Below, piece after piece: positions 27,367 to 38,763 of a DNA stretch of 64,000 nt (the first letter of the stretch is position 1; every line of letters begins with the position of its first letter). The notes beneath the pieces are model-generated. The model saw only the letters and a list, made by a program, of their open reading frames with translations, did not search any database and was not told where the DNA came from. A program made the position numbers and the translations under genes. This DNA is from an uncultured Thermoprotei archaeon. GTDB lineage: Archaea > Thermoproteota > Thermoprotei > Thermofilales > B15-G2. The stretch spans positions 1 through 64,000 of the forward strand of contig CBDUKN010000004.1 in the NCBI GenBank assembly GCA_965367815.1. The letters are read 5' to 3'.

Positions 27367-27508
27367 CTTCTATAAGCACCCAACTCTCCTTTATTTAGTC
27401 GGTAATAAATCTTCCGCCTAAAGCTAACAGTGGAGATAGCGTGAATAGGAGAAGTCAGTTTGTATTCCAAAAGAAAATTTTTTATTTTCGTAATAATGTG
27501 AGCTTAGG

Positions 27509-28918
27509 ATGTCTCAAGAAGAGCATGTTAAATCTAATATAAAATACTTGTTCTTTCCGAAAAGCGTAGCAGTAATAGGCGCGTCCAGGTCTCCCGGAAA
27601 AATAGGCCACGAAATTCTCAGAAACATAATAGAGTACGGCTATGAAGGTAAAATATATCCTGTAAACCCCAAAGCTGACGAGATACTAGGGCTTAAGTGT
27701 TACAAGTCTATCTTGGAAATACCTGAGCCAGTAGACTTAGCGGTAATTTCTATTCCGGCTAAATATGTTCCAGTTGCTCTTGAGGAGTGCGGTAAAAAGG
27801 GAGTCAAAGCGGCCGCGATTATTTCTTCAGGCTTCAAGGAGATAGGCAACGTTGAGCTGGAAAACAAAATAGTAGAAATAGCTAGGAAGTACGGCATACG
27901 TTTCATAGGTCCAAATATCTTCGGAGTTTTTAGTGCCCCCTCGAAACTAAATGCTACTTTTGGTCCGACAAAAGTTCTTCCCGGAAAAATAGCTTTCATA
28001 ACTCAGAGTGGAGCTCTGGGCATAGCTCTAATGGGATGGACTATTTTCGCGGGAATAGGTCTCTCAGCAGTAGTCAGTCTAGGAAATAAGGCTGATGTAG
28101 ACGAAGCAGATTTACTCGAGTACTTTGTCGACGACGAGCATACTAAAGTCGTGTTAATCTACATGGAGGGACTTGATAACGGCAGAAGATTTATGGAAGC
28201 TGCAGCTAAATGTTCGCTTAAAAAGCCGATAATAGTGATTAAGGCAGGTAGATCTGAAAGAGGAGCTAGGGCAGTTGCATCTCACACAGGATCTCTAGCA
28301 GGCAGCGATGTCTTCTATGATGTCGCCTTTAAGCAGTGTGGTGTCTTAAGAGCGCTTAACGTTGAAGAGGCCTTTGACTGGGCTCGAGCATTTACGGCGC
28401 TTCCCGAACCTAAAGGAGATAATGTAGTCATAATAACCAATGGCGGAGGTATAGGCGTAATGGCTACTGACGCCTGTTCAGATTATGGACTAAACTTAAT
28501 GGAGTTTCCTGAAGACCTTATGAACGAGTTCAGGAAATGTATGCCGCCTTTCGGTAGCCCCAAGAATCCAGTAGATCTTACAGGTCAGGCAGCATATGAT
28601 GAGTATGCTAAAGCCCTTGAGGTAGCGCTAAGCGATGATCGTATTCACTCAATAATACTGCTGTTCTGCCAGACAGCAGTTGTAGATCCTCCTAAGCTAT
28701 CAGAAGTAATAGCAGATGTAGTCAAGAAGCACGGCAGTCGTAAGCCTGTAGTTGCATGCTACATTGGCGGCGAAGAATGCCAGAAAGGCATGAAGATACT
28801 GGAGCAGAATGGAATACCCTCTTATCCAACTCCGGAAAGAGCAGTATTAGCTCTAGCGGCAGTATATAGATGGGTTAAATGGAAGAAGAAAATGCTTAAA
28901 AAGCTTGGAACTAAATAG
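27509..28918 (+). CDS. acdA: ADP-forming acyl/acetyl-CoA synthetase alpha subunit
   Basis: PKSVAVIGAS CoA-binding motif, QSGA, SHTGS phospho-His, NPVDLTG. Confidence 0.93.
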   Translation: MSQEEHVKSNIKYLFFPKSVAVIGASRSPGKIGHEILRNIIEYGYEGKIYPVNPKADEILGLKCYKSILEIPEPVDLAVISIPAKYVPVALEECGKKGVKAAAIISSGFKEIGNVELENKIVEIARKYGIRFIGPNIFGVFSAPSKLNATFGPTKVLPGKIAFITQSGALGIALMGWTIFAGIGLSAVVSLGNKADVDEADLLEYFVDDEHTKVVLIYMEGLDNGRRFMEAAAKCSLKKPIIVIKAGRSERGARAVASHTGSLAGSDVFYDVAFKQCGVLRALNVEEAFDWARAFTALPEPKGDNVVIITNGGGIGVMATDACSDYGLNLMEFPEDLMNEFRKCMPPFGSPKNPVDLTGQAAYDEYAKALEVALSDDRIHSIILLFCQTAVVDPPKLSEVIADVVKKHGSRKPVVACYIGGEECQKGMKILEQNGIPSYPTPERAVLALAAVYRWVKWKKKMLKKLGTK

Positions 28919-28937
28919 TCGAGGTGAGGGACAAGCC

Positions 28938-29633
28938 ATGACTCCACGCGAGCTCATTGAAAACGCCTTAAAGGAAGGGCGTACATGGCTTTATGAAGAC
29001 GAAGCTAAGCTCCTATGCTCTCTGTACGAAATACCTGTAGCTAAAAGCAAAGTGGCCAGAAGCAAGGAAGAAGCCATTAAAATAGCTAAGGAAATAGGTT
29101 TCCCCATAGTCATGAAAATAGTCTCCCCTGATGTTCTTCATAAATCGGACGTAGGTGGAGTCAAGGTAAACGTCAAGAGTGAAGAAGAACTAATAAAGGC
29201 TTACGACGAAATAGTGACTAATGTTAAATCAAGAAAGCCCGACGCAAGAATTGTAGGTATATTAATTCAAGAAATGGTGCCTCAAGCAACCGAAGTAATT
29301 ATAGGCGGAATAAGAGACCCGCAATTCGGGCCTGCAGTAATGTTCGGACTAGGAGGAATATTCGTTGAAATCTTTAGAGATGTCAGCTTCAGAATAGCGC
29401 CAGTAAGCGTAGAGGACGCTCTTGAAATGATAAGCGAGATTAAGGGATATCAAATATTGAAGGGATACAGAGGGACAACTCCAGCAGATTTAGATGCTCT
29501 AGCAGACGCAATAGTCAAGACTTCAAAAATGCTCCTAGAGAACGAGGAAATAGATCAGCTCGATCTAAACCCTGTATTCGTATTCGAAAAAGGAATAAAG
29601 GTAATAGACGCAAGAGTAATACTCAAAAAATAG
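28938..29633 (+). CDS. acdB: ADP-forming acyl/acetyl-CoA synthetase beta subunit
   Basis: ATP-grasp HKSDVGGV, DPQFGP, DLNPV; GAGGTGA SD before ATG 28938. Confidence 0.93.
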   Translation: MTPRELIENALKEGRTWLYEDEAKLLCSLYEIPVAKSKVARSKEEAIKIAKEIGFPIVMKIVSPDVLHKSDVGGVKVNVKSEEELIKAYDEIVTNVKSRKPDARIVGILIQEMVPQATEVIIGGIRDPQFGPAVMFGLGGIFVEIFRDVSFRIAPVSVEDALEMISEIKGYQILKGYRGTTPADLDALADAIVKTSKMLLENEEIDQLDLNPVFVFEKGIKVIDARVILKK

Positions 29634-29643
29634 GCGTGAACCC

Positions 29644-30558
29644 ATGGCACTTGAAAAACTCGTTAGCGAACTCAAAGAGCTAGAGAACAAAATAGCTCAA
29701 ACAAGAGCTGAAAGAGACGAATACAACAACAAAGTGAGAGAGCTCTCGGCAAAAATCCGAGAGCTTAGAAAATCCATTTCTGAAAGAAGAGAAGAGCTGA
29801 AAGCTCTTAGAGAAGAGCACACAAAACTAAGAGAAGAGTTCAATAAGTATAAAGAGAAAAAAGATTCAATAAAGAAGATTTTAAGCGAGCTACGCGAAGA
29901 AAGACGCAGTATAATAAGCGAAATGCGTAAAATAAGGTCAAAGGTAAGAAATATTCACGAGAAGAATGAAAAAGAGCTGAGATCTAAGCTAGAGGCACTC
30001 GAATGGGAGTATCAAACAAAGTCGCTTTCTCCTGAAGAAGAAAAAATTTACGTCAATAAAATAAACGAGCTTCTCGAACAGATAACAGTTATAGAGAAAT
30101 ATAAAAAGCTTCAAGATAAACTAAATGATATAGAAGCAGAGTTAGAAAAAATCAGAAGTGAGTACGAAAATATATTAACTATACTAAATGATCTATATAA
30201 TAAAAAGAATGAATTAAGGCAAAATATAATTAATCTAAAAAATGAAATAAACAATATTAGAAGTATTATAGAGAATCTGGCTAAAATAAGGGATGAAATA
30301 AAAAAGAAGGCAGATGAAAAACACCAAGAGTTAATAAAAATGCTTACAAGAAGAAGAGAGCTTCTGAAAGAAATAGAAAAAGAACAGTTACTGAGAAAAG
30401 CTCAGTTAATAGCAAAGACTCTAGCTGAAAGAAGGAAAGAGCTTATGCAGAAAGCAGTGTATATTAGGGAGAAGATTAAGAGAGGCGAAAGAATAACTTT
30501 CGAAGAGTTTAAGATACTTGCAGAACTAGGAGAACTGCCTTTCAGTAAACAAAAGTAA
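29644..30558 (+). CDS. Archaeal long coiled-coil protein (COG1340-like)
   Basis: Continuous heptads, LEWEYQT-x2-L-x-PEEE motif, C-terminal GERITFEE. Confidence 0.8.
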   Translation: MALEKLVSELKELENKIAQTRAERDEYNNKVRELSAKIRELRKSISERREELKALREEHTKLREEFNKYKEKKDSIKKILSELREERRSIISEMRKIRSKVRNIHEKNEKELRSKLEALEWEYQTKSLSPEEEKIYVNKINELLEQITVIEKYKKLQDKLNDIEAELEKIRSEYENILTILNDLYNKKNELRQNIINLKNEINNIRSIIENLAKIRDEIKKKADEKHQELIKMLTRRRELLKEIEKEQLLRKAQLIAKTLAERRKELMQKAVYIREKIKRGERITFEEFKILAELGELPFSKQK

Positions 30559-30603
30559 AGTAAAAATTTATTTTAAACCGCTTATTTTAGGTGCAGAGGG
30601 CTA

Positions 30604-31701
30604 ATGGGGGAGAAGAACGGCAGAGTAGCAAAGAAGCTGTTAGTTCTGTGTGTAGATAGAGACGACGATATTGGCCAAGTAACAAAAATGAAAACTCCTA
30701 TCATAGGCAGAAGTAGTGTTCTTAAGGCAGCTATTGACTTTGCCATAAAAGTCCCTGATGATTCAGACGCGAACGCTCTTTTTGCGGCAATTCAAACGTA
30801 CGATAGGCTTGTAACGACGTTTGGTAAGGAGGTCTGTGAAATAGCGGTTGTTGCAGGAACTCCTCAGGAGGGAATAGAAGCCGATATAAAGATTTTATCA
30901 GAGTTAACTAAGGTTCTAGAAAAATTTAAAGCAGATGGCGTAGTTCTCGTGTCAGATGGTCCTACTGACGAGCAAGTAATACCGATAATTCAGTCTAAAG
31001 TTCCTGTGCTTTCAGTTAAAAGAATAGTTGTACGGCAGTCTAGAGGTGTTGAAGAATCCTTTGTCTTGCTTACAAAGTATGCTAAGAAACTTGTCGAAGA
31101 GCCCAAGTACAAGAAATATTCGTTAGGCATACCGGGATTGTTTATGATAGTATACGTAGTGCTTTCCTTAACAGGGCTTTTAGAGTATATTTCATCGGCG
31201 TTAATGCTTATTGTAGGTTTGCTTCTTTTTGTAAAGGGATTTAATATATTAGACAGAATAAAAAACAGTTATATTAACTATCCTGTGTCCTTTACAATAA
31301 TTATTTTGTCTTCGTTAATCATAATATCGACGTCAGTCTATGTTATAGCTCAAATATCCTCTACAGGAGTCTTTGCTATCGATTTAGTTAAATTCCTTAC
31401 ATTCACCTTCGGCAATTACGTAATGATGATCGATGTTATTGCGTTGAGCGGACTAGCTATTTCAGCAGGTTACTCTATAGAGCAAGCAATACGCAAGCCA
31501 AAGCATATGTCATCTGTGCTCTCTCTTGTGCCTCTCTTTCCTGTTTTAAGGCAAGTAGTCCACGAAGCATGTCTATTTGCTTTAGGCAAAGGCTCTATGC
31601 TCTTAGTGCTGTACTGGTTCGGTATGGCTTGTCTCGTAGTCGTGTTGTCTTATATGCTTGTAAGGAAGATCGAGAAAATGATTACTTCTAAGAGTAGCTA
31701 G
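30604..31701 (+). CDS. DUF373 family membrane protein
   Basis: LVLCVDRDDDIG, DSDAN, VSDG-x2-DE, VVRQSRGVE, C-terminal TMs. Confidence 0.88.
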   Translation: MGEKNGRVAKKLLVLCVDRDDDIGQVTKMKTPIIGRSSVLKAAIDFAIKVPDDSDANALFAAIQTYDRLVTTFGKEVCEIAVVAGTPQEGIEADIKILSELTKVLEKFKADGVVLVSDGPTDEQVIPIIQSKVPVLSVKRIVVRQSRGVEESFVLLTKYAKKLVEEPKYKKYSLGIPGLFMIVYVVLSLTGLLEYISSALMLIVGLLLFVKGFNILDRIKNSYINYPVSFTIIILSSLIIISTSVYVIAQISSTGVFAIDLVKFLTFTFGNYVMMIDVIALSGLAISAGYSIEQAIRKPKHMSSVLSLVPLFPVLRQVVHEACLFALGKGSMLLVLYWFGMACLVVVLSYMLVRKIEKMITSKSS

Positions 31702-31760
31702 CACTATGGGCGGGCAACTTTAATATATGCTAATTAAAACTCTAACTAAAGAAAAGCAGT

Positions 31761-32822
31761 ATGACTTCAGAGAAGAAAATATTAATTTTGTTATCAGGAG
31801 ATTATCCTGAAATAGGAGTAGATGAGCTTCAAGCAGTGCTTAGAGCACATGGCATTAATTTTGTATTAAAGAAATATTCTCCTAGGCTTGTTGAGGTAAG
31901 TGTTCAGGATGATATTAATATTGTTAAGAATGCTTTAACGAGAATGGCTCTACTTAAATATGCTATAATTAAATTATATGATATTAATTTACATTATATA
32001 TCTTTGAGTAAAATAAAAGAAGCTATAAATAATATTGAGTATTTAAAACAGTTTTATGGAAGGAAATATGCCGTTAGAATTATTATGTTAAATAAACGAA
32101 AGCTTAGATTAATGTTTGAGAGAACTATAGGTTATGTTATAGGAGAAATAACTAGAGGTAAAGTAGATCTAAACAGTCCTGAGGTGCTATTTCAAGGGTT
32201 TTTCGTAAATGGTACGCTCTTTCTGGGTGTTCACTTATGTGGTTCTCAAAGGTCTATTCTTTTTTCTCGTAGAGCTAAATTCAGGCCTTTCTTTCATCCA
32301 TGTACGCTTCATCCCATAATTGCTAGAGCCATGGTAAATTTGACTGAAGTAAGGGAGGGCATGACTGTATTAGATCCCTTTATGGGAACTGGCAGTATTC
32401 TAATCGAAGCAGCTTTAATGAATTGCTATGGTATAGGAGTTGATATAAGTAGTAAAATGTGCTATGGCTGTGTAGTGAACTTGAAACACTATGGCGTGTA
32501 CAGTAAAGTGCACGTAATTCGCGGAGATGCTTTTTATCTTCCGCTGAGAGACGGACTTAAGATAGATTCGATTGTAACTGATCCTCCTTACGGTAGGCTT
32601 GCTCCTCTAGTTGACAGAAGTCATAAAGCTGTAGTGAGAAAGCTGCTTGAGTTTTCTTCGCAGTACTTGGAGAGAGGAAGATACTTGTGTTTCCTGACTA
32701 CGATAGATTCACATGAAATAATATATGAGGTAGAAAAAGAGGGTTTTAGTGCGCTTAAAGTATATACTATACCGGTTCATGATAATTTATGTAGGAGACT
32801 AGTTTTATGTAGAAGGTTATGA
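31761..32822 (+). CDS. trm11: tRNA m2G10 methyltransferase (Trm11/TrmG10, THUMP + MTase)
   Basis: RPFFHP, ARAMVNL, DPFMGTGS, TDPPYG. Confidence 0.88.
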   Translation: MTSEKKILILLSGDYPEIGVDELQAVLRAHGINFVLKKYSPRLVEVSVQDDINIVKNALTRMALLKYAIIKLYDINLHYISLSKIKEAINNIEYLKQFYGRKYAVRIIMLNKRKLRLMFERTIGYVIGEITRGKVDLNSPEVLFQGFFVNGTLFLGVHLCGSQRSILFSRRAKFRPFFHPCTLHPIIARAMVNLTEVREGMTVLDPFMGTGSILIEAALMNCYGIGVDISSKMCYGCVVNLKHYGVYSKVHVIRGDAFYLPLRDGLKIDSIVTDPPYGRLAPLVDRSHKAVVRKLLEFSSQYLERGRYLCFLTTIDSHEIIYEVEKEGFSALKVYTIPVHDNLCRRLVLCRRL

Positions 32823-33745
32823 GTAAAGTCAAACTAGTATTCATTGGTACAGGGGGTAGTACCCCCTCGAAAAAAAGAGGTTTGCCTGCAGTAGCTATAA
32901 AGTATATGAATAAGGCGGCTCTACTTGATTGCGGTGAAGGGTGCCAGTATAGATTTTTTGAAGCCGGACTGGGCTTAAACAAAGTTAGAGTCGTGTTGAT
33001 TACTCATATGCACGGAGACCATGTTTTAGGTTTACCAGGACTTATACAGACATTAGCTTTCATGGGAAGAGAGGAAAAGTTAACGATAATAGGTCCTGAA
33101 GGTATAAGGAAGTTTCTTAAGGCAGTGCTTACTTTAGTCCCCTGCAATATCGACTTTGGGCTTGAAATAATTGAACTAAGAGACAAAGTGCATAAATCTG
33201 TTTATGAAGACGAGGTTTTTGAGATATCAGCAGTGCAAGTTAATCACACGATAGTGACGTATGCTTATCGAATAGTTGTTAAAGAGTACTACAAGAAAAT
33301 TGACTTAGAAAAAGTATCTGAACTAGGGCTGGAATTTTCTCCAGAGCTTATGAGAAAAATAATAAGGGGACAAGTAAGTATTGTTGAAACTCCGACCGGC
33401 ACTATACCTTCTTACAAACTACTCAAAAAGAAGAAAGAGTTCAAGATAGTGTATTCAGGAGATACTAGACCATGTAGCAGTTTACTCGAATTAGCTCGCG
33501 AAGCAGATGTATTAATACATGATGCTACTTTTTCTAGTGATCTTAGAGATAAAGCGGTAGCTACTGGGCACTCAACAGCGGCCGATGCTGCACTTATAGC
33601 TAAGACTGCAAAAGTAAAAAACCTAATTCTTTTCCATATTAGCGCCAGATATACCAACGCCTCTCAGCTGTTAGTTGAGGCAGCCAAAATATTTCCTCAT
33701 ATAATATTGCCTTCAGATATGGACGAAATAGAATTCGATTTTTGA
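32819..33745 (+). CDS. rnz: Ribonuclease Z
   Basis: GTGGSTP, DCGEG, THMHGDH, SGDTRP, HST, HISARY. Confidence 0.95.
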   Translation: MSKVKLVFIGTGGSTPSKKRGLPAVAIKYMNKAALLDCGEGCQYRFFEAGLGLNKVRVVLITHMHGDHVLGLPGLIQTLAFMGREEKLTIIGPEGIRKFLKAVLTLVPCNIDFGLEIIELRDKVHKSVYEDEVFEISAVQVNHTIVTYAYRIVVKEYYKKIDLEKVSELGLEFSPELMRKIIRGQVSIVETPTGTIPSYKLLKKKKEFKIVYSGDTRPCSSLLELAREADVLIHDATFSSDLRDKAVATGHSTAADAALIAKTAKVKNLILFHISARYTNASQLLVEAAKIFPHIILPSDMDEIEFDF

Positions 33746-33746
33746 G

Positions 33747-34196
33747 TCAGGGGTCAGGAGGCTCTACTTCGTAGAATGGTTTACCATTTATTGTCATTGG
33801 CGTGAGCCAATCTATAAACTGATCTGGATTTTCGCAGGAAACTACAAAGGTTATTGCACCTAAGGGGCTTTCTTTTTCGGGCACTGAGCAGAAAGAGAGT
33901 GACCCTACGTAAGCAGCCTGTTTATGTATGTGAAAAACTATAGTTGTTCCGATTATGCTTTTCTTGAGGTGGGAGCGAGCTGCGTCTAGTATTCGTTGCC
34001 TTCTAAGAGCATCATACAACCTGAGTAGCGATTTGTGGCTTTCTGCTCTGCATATTATTATTATTCTCCTATTTTCTTGCTTTCTTATCTCTATTTTCTC
34101 TGGAGCGAAGAAGTTTAGTATAGCTTTTTTGACTTTCTCCAAGTTCTCGGTCGGTCTTACTTCACATCTAACTTCTATTCTCACCGAAGTATTCAC
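33747..34196 (-). CDS. UPF0201/DUF54 putative RNA-binding protein
   Basis: PTENLEKVKKA, ILDAAR, HKQAA, SPLG, WLTP. Confidence 0.88.
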   Translation of the reverse strand: MNTSVRIEVRCEVRPTENLEKVKKAILNFFAPEKIEIRKQENRRIIIICRAESHKSLLRLYDALRRQRILDAARSHLKKSIIGTTIVFHIHKQAAYVGSLSFCSVPEKESPLGAITFVVSCENPDQFIDWLTPMTINGKPFYEVEPPDP

Positions 34197-34746
34197 CTGC
34201 TATTTTAGTTATAAGTCTTTCACATAAAGCTTCGAACTCTGATAATGAAATTTCTTCGTTGACTATCATGAAGTCGGCCAGTGCTATAACATTCCCTATA
34301 CCCAAAGATAACTCTCTCTCGTCTCTTTCTCTAAAGTCGCTCCAGCTCCTTGGATCATCTGGCCGCCCTCTAGCTCTTAATCTAGAAAAACGGGTTTTTG
34401 GAGATGTGTGAATGGCGACAATTACTACGTCGAAGAATTTCTTGAAGTACTCAACTTCGTCTAGACTTCTTACTCCATCGACTACGATAATAGGAGACTC
34501 GCTGTAAAGCAATTTGGTTATGACGCGTCTTGCCATAATATCTTTGCCATATCGCTGCCTAAGTTCTGTAGCTATTTTGCCTAAATTTTCGGCTGATAAG
34601 TCGAGCCCTCTCTTTCTAGCTTCTTCTCTAACGACATCTCCTAGCGAAACTACAGGTATAGAATTCTTTTCAGCTACTTTAGAAAATACGCTTTTCCCTG
34701 AACCCGGAAGACCTGCAACAAGTATAAGTTTCTTTCTACGTTTCAC
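34168..34746 (-). CDS. Dephospho-CoA kinase-like P-loop protein (UPF0200)
   Basis: GLPGSGKS, GDVVREEA, DGVRS, RGRPDD, RDEREL. Confidence 0.88.
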   Translation of the reverse strand: MKRRKKLILVAGLPGSGKSVFSKVAEKNSIPVVSLGDVVREEARKRGLDLSAENLGKIATELRQRYGKDIMARRVITKLLYSESPIIVVDGVRSLDEVEYFKKFFDVVIVAIHTSPKTRFSRLRARGRPDDPRSWSDFRERDERELSLGIGNVIALADFMIVNEEISLSEFEALCERLITKIAGEYFGENRS

Positions 34747-34836
34747 GGCTTGAAAATATTTTTCTAAGTATTTTTGTTTACCGTTTATAAGTGCAGTGAG
34801 TATAAGTTTATTAATTTGAGTTCGTTAATGCGATAA

Positions 34837-35928
34837 ATGGCGAGAGAAGGGCTTAAAGTAGCGGTTGTCGGTACAGGGCGCTGGGGAAAAAACCATGTTA
34901 GAGTTCTCTCGAGTTTAAGAAATAAGGGAGTATGCTCTGAGCTAATAGTATGTGATGTAAATAAAAAAATTGCGAATGAAATAGCAGAAATGTATAGTGC
35001 GGACAAAATATACTATGATGTCTCTGAGCTAGTGGCTCACGAAGACTTGGACTGCGCTATAGTGGCTGTGCCAACAATATATCATCACAAAGTATCGCTT
35101 GCCTTATTAAAAAGGGCGGATGTCTTAGTAGAAAAACCTCTTGCAGCTAGCTGTGAAGAAGGTCTAGAGCTTATAAAGACGGCTAGAAAAGAAGGTAGAG
35201 TGTTTGCAGTAGGTCATGTAGAGAGATTTAATTCAGCTGTACTTGCTGTCAGAGACTATCTGCGTGAAAAAGTATTTCCCTCGAACGATGATATAGTGTT
35301 TATTTTTACTCAAAGAATAGGTCCAGGGCCTCCCGGTAAGCATACCTTAAACCTAGGTGTAGCTCATGATCTTTTGACACATGACGTAGATGTAGTAGTC
35401 TTCCTGTCAGGAAAAATACCTAGATATGTAACAGCTCGAGCGATCACAGATAACAGTGTCTATGAAAATGATATATCAGCGCTTTACGAGTTTGACAATA
35501 GTACGATATATATCGCGAGGGCGAGCTGGAGAGCTAGCTCAACGTTTAAAAAGAGAGTCTTAATGATACAAACTAAGGAGAGCGTAATAGAGTTAGACTA
35601 TATCCTCCAGAAGTATGTTATTGAGAAGGGGCTTTCTCAACACATATCTCTTGGAACATTCCAGGAAGTGATTCAAGCTTATAGATCTAAAGATACTGTT
35701 ACTCGTGAGCTCATGTTGACAGCAGAAAATGAGCCTCTCTTCGTAGAAGATCAACACTTCTTAGAGTGTGCCAAGCACCGAAGAGAACCACTGAATTCTG
35801 CGAGATGGGGATATATTGCACTTAAGTGTGTGGAGTGTGCACTTCAGTCGTCGCGTGCTGGAGAAAGATTAGAAATACTGTGGGGCGATGAAGAGAGGGC
35901 TTTAATTAATTCAAGTATAATTGAATAA
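34837..35928 (+). CDS. Gfo/Idh/MocA family NAD-dependent oxidoreductase
   Basis: GTGRWG Rossmann motif, VEKP, GHVERFN, DLLTHDVD. Confidence 0.9.
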   Translation: MAREGLKVAVVGTGRWGKNHVRVLSSLRNKGVCSELIVCDVNKKIANEIAEMYSADKIYYDVSELVAHEDLDCAIVAVPTIYHHKVSLALLKRADVLVEKPLAASCEEGLELIKTARKEGRVFAVGHVERFNSAVLAVRDYLREKVFPSNDDIVFIFTQRIGPGPPGKHTLNLGVAHDLLTHDVDVVVFLSGKIPRYVTARAITDNSVYENDISALYEFDNSTIYIARASWRASSTFKKRVLMIQTKESVIELDYILQKYVIEKGLSQHISLGTFQEVIQAYRSKDTVTRELMLTAENEPLFVEDQHFLECAKHRREPLNSARWGYIALKCVECALQSSRAGERLEILWGDEERALINSSIIE

Positions 35929-37109
35929 GGAGCATTTGTTTTGAATCCTTTTGAGTCGAAGTGAGTTAGCGAGGCTCTATATCCCTTCTTGACGAGATTT
36001 TCGACTATTATTTTGGCTGAAACTTCATTGAGTCGAGTAGCTTTCGATAAGATTTCAGTGGTTATATAGGGAGAGTCTATTGAACACTCTTTTAAAAGAA
36101 GCTCCATTTTTTCTAGAAGTCTAATGCTTGTAGTAATAGTTTTTAGCTTAGAATATGTTTTTTGGCAGAAGTCGCTATCAAAGATTTTGCCGATCCATAA
36201 AGGTCCTAGAAGACTTGCATCAGACCCACATACAGGGCATTTTGTACTACTGTAGTGGAACTGGATTAAGTTACGGTAACCACACTTACTGCAATAGTGA
36301 AGATAGCCTATCTGACTTAGATTTTCGTCAGCTTTTTTTCTAGACTTAAATACTTGTACAAAGCATCTGATGTAGTGTCTATCCTTAAAAGTGAGTAAAG
36401 GTTTTATTCCTATGTTTAGTGGCGAGGCTTTCTTAACTATATCGTAGTAAAGAATGCGGGCGGCAAGTTCTAGAGAGCAGTCAATTTTCATGGGGAATGA
36501 GAAATATCTACGAATACAAGATTGCCTATGGACGCCAGTTAACGGTGCTAAATCTGTTGCAGTCAAGCACAGCATACCTTTGTGTGTCAACGCTGTAAGA
36601 GCAGACCTTACGAAGGGTTCAGGAGAGCCGTAGGGATCAATGTCTATTACATTAAATTTAGAGAATTTCCTGCATAGAATAAGCAGTATATTAGCATCAA
36701 GATTGAATACTTCTACTTTATCCTCTACTTCATTTAGCATGATGTTAGCCTTAGCTATCGAAGCGGCTTTGATGTCTATATCGTTTAAGACCACGTAGTC
36801 TGCTGAAGCTTCTACAGCATACCTTAAGCCTCTAATACCAGTTGCTGTGAGAGGTTCACAAAGAGCTATTGAGTCGAATTCGCTGTACTCTTTAAAAGCC
36901 ATCACAGCTGCTACACTCAGGTCTCTGTTTGTTTTCATCGCTGGATTATAGAAAATAGGGATCCAGCAGGGGTCTACAAGGCCATTCTTCTCATACGACT
37001 TTAAGTCAGGTACTATTGCTTTTGTTTTGCCTTCAACAATAATGATTAAAGGAATATTTAAAATAGACTTAAGAGTATTTAGAAGATATTCTTCTCTAGT
37101 TAATTTCAT
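35844..37109 (-). CDS. trm1: tRNA (guanine26-N2)-dimethyltransferase
   Basis: FYNP-x-M-x2-NRD, ATGIRGLRY, DIDPYGSP, TATD, Zn ribbon, GPLW, THF. Confidence 0.93.
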   Translation of the reverse strand: MKLTREEYLLNTLKSILNIPLIIIVEGKTKAIVPDLKSYEKNGLVDPCWIPIFYNPAMKTNRDLSVAAVMAFKEYSEFDSIALCEPLTATGIRGLRYAVEASADYVVLNDIDIKAASIAKANIMLNEVEDKVEVFNLDANILLILCRKFSKFNVIDIDPYGSPEPFVRSALTALTHKGMLCLTATDLAPLTGVHRQSCIRRYFSFPMKIDCSLELAARILYYDIVKKASPLNIGIKPLLTFKDRHYIRCFVQVFKSRKKADENLSQIGYLHYCSKCGYRNLIQFHYSSTKCPVCGSDASLLGPLWIGKIFDSDFCQKTYSKLKTITTSIRLLEKMELLLKECSIDSPYITTEILSKATRLNEVSAKIIVENLVKKGYRASLTHFDSKGFKTNAPYSIILELIKALSSSPHSISNLSPARDD

Positions 37110-38070
37110 GTTGAATATTGTTTTTATCGACTATATTTATATCTTCGTATTTTTCTTTTTCAACGATCTTTGGTATCTTTTTATCAGATACGACTATCAT
37201 GTCTGACGAAGTGAGTTGAGCAACTTTTCGAGATAGCTCTATTTCTTTAAGTGTTTCTTCTATTTTGTTTGATTTGCCCAGTATTTTTATTAAAATTTTC
37301 TTTTCTTCTTTATGTCTAAAAGCTATCATGTCAAAGGGCATTCTAGAAAAGCAGAATATGTCGTATCCAAGACTTTTCACTTTACAGTATACTGCTCTAA
37401 GCAATGGACGTTTAGGTAAAGAGTTTTCTGCTATTCTTTCTTCTTTCCACTCGAATATATCGATAGGCTTGATTACATTCTCATCTAATATACTTTCGAG
37501 TTTTGAGACAATGTCTAGTGTTGCGTTCATTTTTTCTCTCTCGTAGTCGTATACTGCTTTCCTACTGACTCCTAGTTTCATTGCGAGTTCTCCTAGTGAG
37601 TATCCCTTCTTGAGTCGGGCTCTCTTTAAGCTGGAGCCGTTGATATTTACGTAAAGTCCTCCTCTTTCGGTAAATGCTATAGGTTTATGTCCTCTTAAAG
37701 CATCAATAAATGTTGATAGGTGTACAGCATAAACACCAAATCTCTTGTACACAACTCCGGAGAGAAGTTCTTCTCTACGTGATGTTAGCCCTACAATGAG
37801 CGGAATTGATCCCGTAGATACGCAGAATTTCTTTAATTCGTTTATATTTTGTCTCGTGCATTCATTTATGTCTATTACACATTTAAGTGACATTATGACT
37901 TTTTCTTTCTTTTGAGGCCTTAGGGCTATTATGTCTGAACAGTATTTCCTTGAAGAAGATTTTAATATTTCTACTACGAAATTCTTGTTTTTAAGTTCTT
38001 CTTTCAGTGTTTCTACAAGCATTCTAGCTTTCTCTAGCATTAACTGTGGCTTTGACATATCTGTTGTCAT
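37096..38070 (-). CDS. Conserved archaeal HTH (XRE) transcription regulator (COG1395-like)
   Basis: [10 protein letters not shown]-x2-LKRAR...SLGELA...[12 protein letters not shown]. Confidence 0.85.
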   Translation of the reverse strand: MTTDMSKPQLMLEKARMLVETLKEELKNKNFVVEILKSSSRKYCSDIIALRPQKKEKVIMSLKCVIDINECTRQNINELKKFCVSTGSIPLIVGLTSRREELLSGVVYKRFGVYAVHLSTFIDALRGHKPIAFTERGGLYVNINGSSLKRARLKKGYSLGELAMKLGVSRKAVYDYEREKMNATLDIVSKLESILDENVIKPIDIFEWKEERIAENSLPKRPLLRAVYCKVKSLGYDIFCFSRMPFDMIAFRHKEEKKILIKILGKSNKIEETLKEIELSRKVAQLTSSDMIVVSDKKIPKIVEKEKYEDINIVDKNNIQHEIN

Positions 38071-38759
38071 CTGAGAGCTACTACGAATGCGTGTGCTATA
38101 TCATATGGCTCGAGATGGACAACATTCTTTACTTCAAATCCTCTTTTCTCGAGATGACTTATCTCTTCTTTGTATGTCTCTGAAGGCTCTCTAGTGACGT
38201 CGATGCTCATGGCCTTTATTGCTTGCATAGCCCATCCTCCTTTCTTTAAGAAAAAGTCAGCGTTATCTGCAAGTATTTTGCTCTGGAAAGGTTGTGCTAT
38301 GTCGGCGTACACTATGTCTACTTCTTCTATGTACATTCGATAGAGATTAGGAAATCTTGCGTCGGCTAGAATCGGTATCATGTTCTTTCTGTAGTTGCAG
38401 CATTTTTCAATAAGTTCTCTCATTACTCTAGGAGAGAACTCTATACAGTAGATTATGCCCTCTTCTCCTATTATGTCTGAGACATGGCTTGCAGTAGTTC
38501 CTGAGGCAGCACCTAAGTACAGTACTTTGCTTCCTTTCTTAATTGGCATTACTTCGAGTCCCTTGAGAATGGCTGCTGCTAGTTTGCTTCTATAGGGGTT
38601 CCATACTCTGTACTCTTCTCCCTCATACGATATTATCTGCTCGCCGTACACTTTATGTCCTGGCGCAAGACTTTTTGTTGCTAATTTCTTGGCGCCATCT
38701 TCGAATATAACCCAATATACTCCTTCAAATTTTTCATGAGGTTTTATTTCAATACTCAT
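38067..38759 (-). CDS. flpA: Fibrillarin-like rRNA/tRNA 2'-O-methyltransferase
   Basis: [26 protein letters not shown]-x-SHVSD, DIAQP. Confidence 0.97.
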   Translation of the reverse strand: MSIEIKPHEKFEGVYWVIFEDGAKKLATKSLAPGHKVYGEQIISYEGEEYRVWNPYRSKLAAAILKGLEVMPIKKGSKVLYLGAASGTTASHVSDIIGEEGIIYCIEFSPRVMRELIEKCCNYRKNMIPILADARFPNLYRMYIEEVDIVYADIAQPFQSKILADNADFFLKKGGWAMQAIKAMSIDVTREPSETYKEEISHLEKRGFEVKNVVHLEPYDIAHAFVVALR

Positions 38760-38763
38760 ATTA